Source of the DNA: a candidate division FCPU426 bacterium
GTDB taxonomy: Bacteria; Oederibacteriota; Muellerivitia; Muellerivitales; Muellerivitaceae
DNA length: 64,000 bases
Reading direction: 5' to 3'
NCBI GenBank assembly: GCA_963796105.1
Contig: CAWCKJ010000003.1
Coordinates: forward strand, 640,001-704,000
Below the pieces are notes generated by a model. That model saw nothing but the letters and a program-made list of their open reading frames with translations, was not told the origin of the DNA and made no database searches. Positions within the stretch are counted from its first letter, which is position 1. Each line of letters starts with the position of its first letter. Of the stretch, positions 21,373 through 28,308 are shown piece after piece. The position numbers and the translations under genes were made by a program.

Positions 21373-22686
21373 TCAATTACCCTTTATTTCAATTAGGCTT
21401 TCCTCGGCTGATTTCACGATCTTTTTCAAATGTTCTCTGGTCAAGGCGGTTGAAAGGAACCAGCACTCGAATTGGGAGGGGGGGAGGTAAATTCCCCTCT
21501 CGAGCATGGCCCAGAAAAACTTGGCGTATTTCCCCCTGTCGGATTCCTTGGCTTGGGCGTAATTCTCAACCGGCGCTTCCCTGAAAAACAACGTGGACAT
21601 GCTACCCACCCTTTGGTAAACCGCCTCAGTCCCGGTCTTGAGGATGGCGGCGGCGATTCCCTTTTCTAGGAACGAGGATATTTCCTCCAAATAGGCGTGC
21701 TTGTTGCGTTGGGCCAGGGATTTAAGCGTGGCGATTCCCGCCGCCATGCAGACCGGGTTTCCCGAGAGGGTCCCAGCCTGGTAAACAGGGCCTTCCGGGG
21801 AGATCTTGGACATCAGGTCTTCCCTGCCCCCGTAAGCCCCGACAGGTAGCCCGCCCCCGATAATTTTGCCTAGCGTCGTAAGATCGGGTTTGATGCCGTA
21901 GAGTTCCTGGGCCCCGCCATATGCCACCCGGAATCCCACCATGACCTCATCAAAGATCAATATCGAACCGTTTTTTAATGTCAAATCCCGAAGGCCTTGG
22001 AGAAATCCCGGTTTGGGAGGAACCAGACCCATGTTCCCCGCGACCGGCTCCACGATGACCGCCCCGATATCCTTGAAATTGGAAAATGCCTTCTCTACCG
22101 CCGTAAGGTCGTTGTAAGGAAGGCTCAAGGTCAGGGCCGCCAATTCGGCTGGAACACCCGGACTGTCGGGAAGCCCCAGAGTGGCAGGTCCGCTCCCCGC
22201 CGCGACCAGGAGGCTGTCCCCATGGCCGTGGTAACAACCGTCAAACTTGATGATCCTGTTTTTCCCCGTCGCGGCCCGGGCCAGCCGGATGGCGCTGAAG
22301 ACGGCTTCCGTGCCGGAACTGACGAAGCGCACTTTCGCGATGGAGGGATAGGCCTTCTTCACCAGGACCGCCAGGTTGTTTTCCAGGGGGGATGGCGCGC
22401 CGAAAGAGAATCCCTTTTTCAAAGCCTTCTGGGCGGCCTTGAATACCGGCCCTGGAACGTGCCCCAGGATCATGGGTCCCCAGGACCCGACCAAATCAAA
22501 ATAGCGGTTCCCATCCACGTCCATTAGGAAGGGGCCCTTGCCCCGGTTGAAGAATAGGGGCGTTCCACCCACCCCCTGAAAAGCCCTGACCGGGCTGTTC
22601 ACTCCCCCCACCAGGTTTTTCTTGGCCTGTTCGAAAAGCTTCATCGATTTATTGAATTTTTTTGGCATTAACCAATAACCGCTCAT
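21373..22686 (-). CDS. hemL: Glutamate-1-semialdehyde 2,1-aminomutase
   Basis: GGVNSPVRAF, SGTEA, GCYHGH, FDEVM, LGKIIGGGLP, YQAGTLSGNP, PPSQFE. Confidence 0.97.
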   Translation of the reverse strand: MSGYWLMPKKFNKSMKLFEQAKKNLVGGVNSPVRAFQGVGGTPLFFNRGKGPFLMDVDGNRYFDLVGSWGPMILGHVPGPVFKAAQKALKKGFSFGAPSPLENNLAVLVKKAYPSIAKVRFVSSGTEAVFSAIRLARAATGKNRIIKFDGCYHGHGDSLLVAAGSGPATLGLPDSPGVPAELAALTLSLPYNDLTAVEKAFSNFKDIGAVIVEPVAGNMGLVPPKPGFLQGLRDLTLKNGSILIFDEVMVGFRVAYGGAQELYGIKPDLTTLGKIIGGGLPVGAYGGREDLMSKISPEGPVYQAGTLSGNPVCMAAGIATLKSLAQRNKHAYLEEISSFLEKGIAAAILKTGTEAVYQRVGSMSTLFFREAPVENYAQAKESDRGKYAKFFWAMLERGIYLPPSQFECWFLSTALTREHLKKIVKSAEESLIEIKGN

Positions 22687-22789
22687 TCTTAGGGGATGTA
22701 AAGACGCGATACTCGTGAGTTAGTTTAACCGAACCGGAATCCCATAACAACGAAAGGAGGGTTAAACATGGAGCCCCATGAGCATCTGG

Positions 22790-23584
22790 CTACGCAAAAG
22801 CTTCGTCAAATAAGCATCCGCAGCCTGTCCTCCCATCACTTCGGCGAACATCCACCGTAGCCCTATGGCATTCAACCGCGGCCATAGCCCGTGGCTTGCC
22901 CTCAATAGCTTTAACGAAATAGAGGGATACTCTGGCAAAGGCGGATAGGGGGCAGGAGGATGAAAATTCAGGTGTGAGCCAGCCATCGGTTGCTGAGGCA
23001 ACACTGAATAAATCGAACGGGCTCGTGCCATTTGAGCCACCGTCATACCCTCCACCCGCACAGGTAACTTCATAATTGGAATTATTTGAATAGACTTGGT
23101 CAGCCAAATCGGTGATGAAATTAGTAAAGTTAGTCTTATCGCTTGAGTACATTCCTTCAAAATCAATATTAACGCCCTGATATCCATATGTTTTAAAATC
23201 TTTTAAGATTTGAGTAATCACGTTTTGATAGAAGGCAGGATTACTTAATACTGAATGCATAACAGACGGGTCAAAGCTATAAACGCACATAATTGGTCTA
23301 ACACAATTACTTTCTGCCGCTGAAATAAAGTCAGTTTGTGGAGAGGCATTCAAGGTACCGTTCGAATTAAGTGGAAAATCGAAGTCGACGGCGTGTGTTA
23401 ACTTATCCCACTGTATTAAGGAATAATCGTATCCAGATTGATAAAATCCGTATTCAACTCCATTGACACTAAGTTGAGCAATAGAGTGGGCAGGAAGGAA
23501 AAATAGAAAAGAAAAAGAAACCGTCCACATATATTTTCTGGGCCAAAAGTGGCTTATGAAAAAATTTCTTTGAGTCTCGAGCAT
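22790..23584 (-). pseudogene. Truncated GH18 (chitinase-like) glycoside hydrolase
   Basis: Signal peptide, IQWDKLTH and GYQGVNIDFE (GH18 catalytic strand); hydrolase-like sequence stops near ATDGW (~22980) and the tail is read through a dispersed repeat. Confidence 0.7.
22839..22946. repeat. Nested-hairpin dispersed repeat, copy 2
   Basis: Aligns by eye to 12013-12118 over ~107 bp; inner stem CCCTC/GAGGG here versus CCTTC/GAAGG in copy 1. Confidence 0.8.
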
Positions 23585-23631
23585 TTTTTATCAATACTCT
23601 CTTTTGTATGAAATACAAAAACGATGAATTA

Positions 23632-24543
23632 TTATGGTCTTCTGACGTTCCCATTTTTTATTGGGATAACAGTTTGAATTGACATGTTGGTTTTGTGTCC
23701 ATATGCTCCAACACAAGCAACCCCGAAATAATAAATTTTTCCATTTTGCAGAAATCTAATGGTGATTTTTGTTTTTTTAAAAGGTTTTTTAATTTGCCTT
23801 TCGTATTTTATTCCGTCTTTCGAAACAAAAAGTACGTAGCTTTGAGCCTTTGGCATTGGATCCCAAGTTAGATAGGCCTCACTATCACCAGCTTCTATTT
23901 TGAGATTTGTAGGTGGGTCAGGTTGGGGTTCGGGGTTTTTGATCCCCCCGGGTGTTCCTTGAATAATATATTTTTGTTTCTTGCGCCATTTTGCATATTC
24001 TTCACTTTTTGGATCAGGTGGAGCAGCATTAGTTTGAATCCACTTAGGTGTAAGCTCAATAGCCCATTTGGGTGTAACCGATAGTTTTTTGGGAACCACT
24101 GATTGAACTGTCATTCCACTCTTTTGCCCGTCAAAGCCTAGAGAAGCTACAGCATAGTAGTATTTTTTTCCATTCTCCAATTTAACAACATTTGCTTCAT
24201 TAAAAACGTCTGCATTCGAATTTGGAAACTGAAGATTAAAATCCTTTCCATCTTCCGAAACATAAATCAAGTAAGCTCTTGCATTTGGCATTTTATCCCA
24301 AGACAAATGGGCACATTCATCCCCTGGTTCAATCGCGAAATTAGTGGGAGGAGCCGGAACAGTTCCAGGGGTCGGCAAAGCAATTAGTGTTTCTATTGAA
24401 GTGGGATTAGAATTTTGTGTTTGTCCTTGCGTTGGATACACGAATCCGGCTGAAAGAGAAAAACATAAAATTGAGAAAAAACCACGGTAAACCATTTTGC
24501 CTAACCAATTAGTTGAAACTTGGTTTCTATTTTCTTTTTTCAT
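23632..24543 (-). CDS. Secreted protein with two fibronectin type III domains
   Basis: Two repeats: PPTN(F/L)xIExGD...L(S/T)WDxMPxAxxY..(Y/F)VSxDG...L(E/Q)NGKxYY(Y/F)xV; AT-rich. Confidence 0.8.
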   Translation of the reverse strand: MKKENRNQVSTNWLGKMVYRGFFSILCFSLSAGFVYPTQGQTQNSNPTSIETLIALPTPGTVPAPPTNFAIEPGDECAHLSWDKMPNARAYLIYVSEDGKDFNLQFPNSNADVFNEANVVKLENGKKYYYAVASLGFDGQKSGMTVQSVVPKKLSVTPKWAIELTPKWIQTNAAPPDPKSEEYAKWRKKQKYIIQGTPGGIKNPEPQPDPPTNLKIEAGDSEAYLTWDPMPKAQSYVLFVSKDGIKYERQIKKPFKKTKITIRFLQNGKIYYFGVACVGAYGHKTNMSIQTVIPIKNGNVRRP

Positions 24544-24918
24544 GCAAGCCTCCGAAGGTTTCTTGATCTGTCAAGGTTCTCAAATTGCGAAATGGAAGTA
24601 AGGTAAAATTATTATTGTGAAGGAACAAAGCTTTACCAGTTGGTTGGACTGAATAGTTAGATTCAAACGATTTTAGAAATTTCACTTAATATGCCTCCCT
24701 GCTATTGATTGGTGAGTGGAGGGTGTGGATTGAATAACTTTTTGAAAACATCTATTGCTGAAAAGATTGCCTAAAATCGATAGAGGCACTCTAAATCTGG
24801 CGGGTCATCTATTCAACAAAAATGGAGGTAAAATATATTTTGATCTTTAAATGCACCACTGATTGTGTGAAGTGTTTTGACACCCCAAAATTGGAAAACG
24901 AAGATGTAAACAAACAAA

Positions 24919-25958
24919 GGGGTCAGGCCATCATTCATCACTTTACAAATGGTGTGAGTTGTTTACAATGTCCTAATGCCAAGACCTAAACGGATCCATT
25001 ATGAAGGGGCGGTTTACCATGTAACCTCGCGCGGTAATGAACGGCGAAAGATTGTTATGAATGACGCCGACCGCTGGATGTTTATTCGGTTATTGGGGGA
25101 AATGGTTGAAGAGAATGGTGTGTTATGTCACGCTTGGGTGTTGATGGATAATCATTACCATTTGATGCTGGAAACCCCAAGCGCGAATTTATCAGCAGCC
25201 ATGAAACATTTAAACGCCCAATACACACAAAAATTCAATAAAAAGCATTATCGGAACGGGCATTTGTTCCAGGGGCGGTATAAGGCCATTATTGTGGAGA
25301 AAGACAGTTATTTAAAGGAATTAAGCCGGTATGTGGTATTGAATCCGGTAAGGGCCCGGATGGTAAAACACCCCAAAGACTGGAAGTGGAGTAGTTACCG
25401 GGCGACAGCGGGATTTGATAGGGCGGAAAAATGGCTGAAAGTGGACTGGTTATTAGGGCAGTTTGGTAAGGAAAGAAAAAAGGCGCAAAAATCATACAGG
25501 ACTTTTGTGGAAGAGGGGATGGGGAAGAAAGAAAAGCCTTGGGATGATTTGTATTCGCGTATATACCTGGGTGGTAAGGAGTTTTTGGACAAGGTTCACG
25601 AAGTAGGGCAACGTCACAAACATTTGGATGTACCGAAATACCAGAAACACGTGGTAAAGCAAGATCCGAAAGAAGTGTTGGAGAAAGTAGGAAGAATGTA
25701 TGGTGAAAAACCGGAGGAAATATTGAGGGCAGGCAAAAGGGAGTCGGAAGCCCGGGATATGGCGATATATTTATTAAAGAGAAAATCAGGAATGAGTTCC
25801 AAGGCGATAGGAATGAAGATGGGGGTGGGGGAAAGCGCGGTGGGAAACCGATTGATGAAGATCAAAAAAAGGTTGGCGGAAGACGAAAAGTTTGCACAAA
25901 AGCTGATAAAGTGATGAATGATCACTGCCACACGCTGCGGAGCGTGTGGCCTGACCCC
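24919..25958 (+). mobile_element. Y1/HUH transposase element bounded by 27-bp inverted repeats
   Basis: Left GGGGTCAGGCCATCATTCATCACTTTA (24919-24945); right TAAAGTGATGAATGAT[25 nt]GGCCTGACCCC (25907-25958) is its exact reverse complement once 25923-25947 is removed; no TSD seen. Confidence 0.8.
24976..25914 (+). CDS. REP-associated tyrosine transposase-like protein (Y1_Tnp) with C-terminal DnaA-C-like HTH
   Basis: MPRPKR, YHVTSRG, LMDNHYHL (HUH), HLFQGRYK, RYVVLNPVRA (catalytic Tyr), WKWSSY; C-terminal EARDMAIYLLKRKSGMSSKAIG. Confidence 0.9.
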   Translation: MPRPKRIHYEGAVYHVTSRGNERRKIVMNDADRWMFIRLLGEMVEENGVLCHAWVLMDNHYHLMLETPSANLSAAMKHLNAQYTQKFNKKHYRNGHLFQGRYKAIIVEKDSYLKELSRYVVLNPVRARMVKHPKDWKWSSYRATAGFDRAEKWLKVDWLLGQFGKERKKAQKSYRTFVEEGMGKKEKPWDDLYSRIYLGGKEFLDKVHEVGQRHKHLDVPKYQKHVVKQDPKEVLEKVGRMYGEKPEEILRAGKRESEARDMAIYLLKRKSGMSSKAIGMKMGVGESAVGNRLMKIKKRLAEDEKFAQKLIK

Positions 25959-25964
25959 TATGTT

Positions 25965-26478
25965 TTGGAACTCTGGAACTCCTGGAACCGGCCTGGAACC
26001 ACGACACCCGGGAAACTTGGAACTCTGGAACTCCAGGAACTGGCCTGGAACCACGACACCCGGGAAACTTGGAACTCTGGAACTCCTGGAACTGGCTTGG
26101 AACCACGACACCCGGGAAACTTGGAACTCTGGAACTCCTGGAACTGGCTTGGAACCGCGGGAACCCGGGATTCTTGGAACCTTGGAACTGGCTTGGAACC
26201 ACGTAAATCCGGGGTTCTTAGAACCTTGGAACTTTGGAACCGCCTTGGAACCACGGAAATCCGGGGTTCCTGGAACCTTGGAACTTTGGAACCGCCTTGG
26301 AACCACGGAAACTCGGGATTCTTGGAACCTTGTAACTTTGGAACTGGCTTGGAACCATGGAAATCCGTGGTTCTTGGAACCTTGGAACTTTGGAACCGCC
26401 TTGGAACCACGGAAACTCGGGATTCTTGGAACCTTGTAACTTTGGAACTGGCTTGGAACCACGGGAACTCGAGAACTG
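25965..26478. repeat. Tandem array of ~10 x 52 bp units built from TGGAAC hexamers plus a palindrome
   Basis: Unit starts 25965, 26017, 26069, 26121, 26174, 26218, 26270, 26322, 26374, 26426; no unique spacers. Confidence 0.92.
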
Positions 26479-26828
26479 GACGGTAAGCAGGTAAGTCGGT
26501 AAGCCAGGCGGTAAACCTGGCATTGGACGACGGAAACCCGACCGGCCATGCCGGTTGCTGAAACCCCCATGCCGGTAGTTGAAACCCTCATGCCGGTAGC
26601 CCATCCCCGCCATGCCGGTAGGCGACGGACCATGCCAGCAGGGATGCCAGCGCATGCCAACAGGCATTCCGGCCTCTGCCAGCAGGGACCCCGGTCTATG
26701 CCAGCAGGAATACTGGCCATGCCAGCAAGGATTCCGGTGGAACGCGCCCTACAAGTTGGACAGTTGAAGCAAAAAATAGAGAATAGGGAAACGGCTCAAG
26801 GGGTAACCCCCCAAAGGAGCATTTCCAA

Positions 26829-27176
26829 ATGGGTAAAATAAGACGGAAGTTCAGTATTGATTTCAAAGAACAAGTCGTCCACGAGGTAGAAACTGGCCTA
26901 TCGCTCAATGAAGCTGCTCGTCAATACCAGCTCAATCCAAGCGTTATAACCCGTTGGCGCGATAAATATCGCCAAGGAACCTTGGTTGAAAAACCTTCCC
27001 TTCACGAAAAAATATTGGAAAAAGAGAATGAGAAACTCAAAGCCAAGATTGGGGAATTGATCATGGCGATAGACCTTTTAAAAAAATTCCAAAAATACGC
27101 GGAAAACCAGAGAAAGCTCGATACCTCCGTGATCACCTCAAGGAATTTGGCTCAATTTCAAGAGGATGCCAAATGA
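26829..27176 (+). CDS. IS3 transposase OrfA (HTH + leucine zipper)
   Basis: RRKFSIDFKEQVV...AARQYQLNPSVITRW; A7 slippery run at 27080-27086. Confidence 0.9.
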   Translation: MGKIRRKFSIDFKEQVVHEVETGLSLNEAARQYQLNPSVITRWRDKYRQGTLVEKPSLHEKILEKENEKLKAKIGELIMAIDLLKKFQKYAENQRKLDTSVITSRNLAQFQEDAK

Positions 27177-28009
27177 TGGGGCTTCCTCGAAGTACCTATT
27201 ATTCTGCACTTAAAAGTGAACCGGAGATTCAGGAACAAAGAGATTTGGACTTAAAGAACCGAATCGAGCAGGTGAGATTGACCTTCCCCTACTACGGCTA
27301 TCGGAGGCTCTACCACCACTTTTTACGGGAGGGATTAAGGATTAACGCCAAACGGATTCGGCGGGTGGTAAGGAAATACGGTCTTTACCCTATTATTTGG
27401 GGGAAAAGGTTCAAGATCCAAACCACCCAATCCAATCACGACCTGCCGGTGTTCCCCAACCTCTTGGAAAGGGTGGCAGAAACTGCTGTCAATCAAGTGT
27501 GGGTGGCGGATATTACCTATATCCGAATCCTCACTTGCTTTGTTTATCTGGCGGCCATTCTGGATCGTTTTTCCAGAAAGGTGATCGGGTGGGCGGTTTC
27601 CAAGAGACTGGATCGGGAGTTGTCGCTTTCGGCTTTACGCATGGCTTTAGAGGAAAGGAATCCTCTTCCGGGATGCATCCACCATTCAGACAGAGGGGTG
27701 CAATATGCCTGCTGGGATTACGTGGCCCTGCTTGAGTCCAAAGGATTAAGGATCAGCATGTCCAGGACAGGCAACCCTTACGACAATGCAAATGCGGAAT
27801 CCTTTTTCAAAACCTTGAAATATGAGGAGGTGCATCTATTCAATTACGAAACTTATCAGGAAGTGCTTCAAAGACTTCCATACTTCATCGAGGAGGTGTA
27901 TAACAAAAAACGGTTGCATTCTTCTATCGGCTACATGCCGCCTGAGGAGTTCGAGGCTTTAAAGTCACTCAAACCAATCGCCGGAAAACCTATTCTCAAC
28001 TTGGAGTAA
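27173..28009 (+). CDS. IS3 transposase OrfB (DDE integrase core)
   Basis: YGYRR, WVADITYI, HHSDRGVQY, DNANAESFFKTLK, YNKKRLHSSIGY; -1 frame is open from the A7 run, allowing an OrfAB fusion. Confidence 0.93.
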   Translation: MMGLPRSTYYSALKSEPEIQEQRDLDLKNRIEQVRLTFPYYGYRRLYHHFLREGLRINAKRIRRVVRKYGLYPIIWGKRFKIQTTQSNHDLPVFPNLLERVAETAVNQVWVADITYIRILTCFVYLAAILDRFSRKVIGWAVSKRLDRELSLSALRMALEERNPLPGCIHHSDRGVQYACWDYVALLESKGLRISMSRTGNPYDNANAESFFKTLKYEEVHLFNYETYQEVLQRLPYFIEEVYNKKRLHSSIGYMPPEEFEALKSLKPIAGKPILNLE

Positions 28010-28308
28010 AAACTGTCCAAGGTTTGGGGCGCACACCACGGCTTATGCCAGCAGTACCCAGGTTTATGCCAGCAGAAACACCGCCCATGCCAGCAGGGAA
28101 TCCGGCGTCTGCCAGCAGGAAAACCGAACCTGCCAGCAGGTACCCCGGTTTAATTACAGCTGTTTAGTGGATTTATTACATTGCGGCAAAACCAGGATAA
28201 GATTTAGTCCGTTTCTTGGGATTTCTTGGGATCTTGAAGGGAAAATTGCTTTAGTTTTGCTCTACTTGCCCTCGAACCGATTACAATAACTGTCCCTTTT
28301 AAATAAAT

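Larger units (their letters stand above)
26738..28038 (+). mobile_element. IS3-family insertion sequence (1301 bp), CGG target duplication
   Basis: TG...CA ends; IRs TGGAACGCGCCCTACAAGTTGGACAGTT / AACTGTCCAAGGTTTGGGGCGCACACCA; CGG at 26735-26737 and 28039-28041. Confidence 0.93.
26546..28150. repeat. 14-unit array, 21-22 bp period, TGCCGGTAG/TGCCAGCAG core with variable spacers, interrupted by IS3
   Basis: Cores at 26549, 26570, 26591, 26613, 26633, 26655, 26677, 26699, 26720 | 28046, 28067, 28088, 28110, 28131. Confidence 0.85.

Noticed and set aside
24527..24685. 52-codon GTG ORF with GGAGG SD upstream of the FN3 gene (minus strand)
   Set aside because: Short, no recognisable motif and overlaps the FN3 start; cannot be supported without homologs
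25965..26478. CRISPR array
   Set aside because: Units are whole-length tandem duplicates with no unique 25-45-bp spacers, and there are no cas genes in the window
25614..26841. Several 97-368 aa ORFs on both strands across the repeat arrays
   Set aside because: They are open because the TGGAAC/GTTCCA and TGCCAGCAG motifs lack stops; the 52- and 22-bp periods are not multiples of three, so peptide repeats rotate through frames
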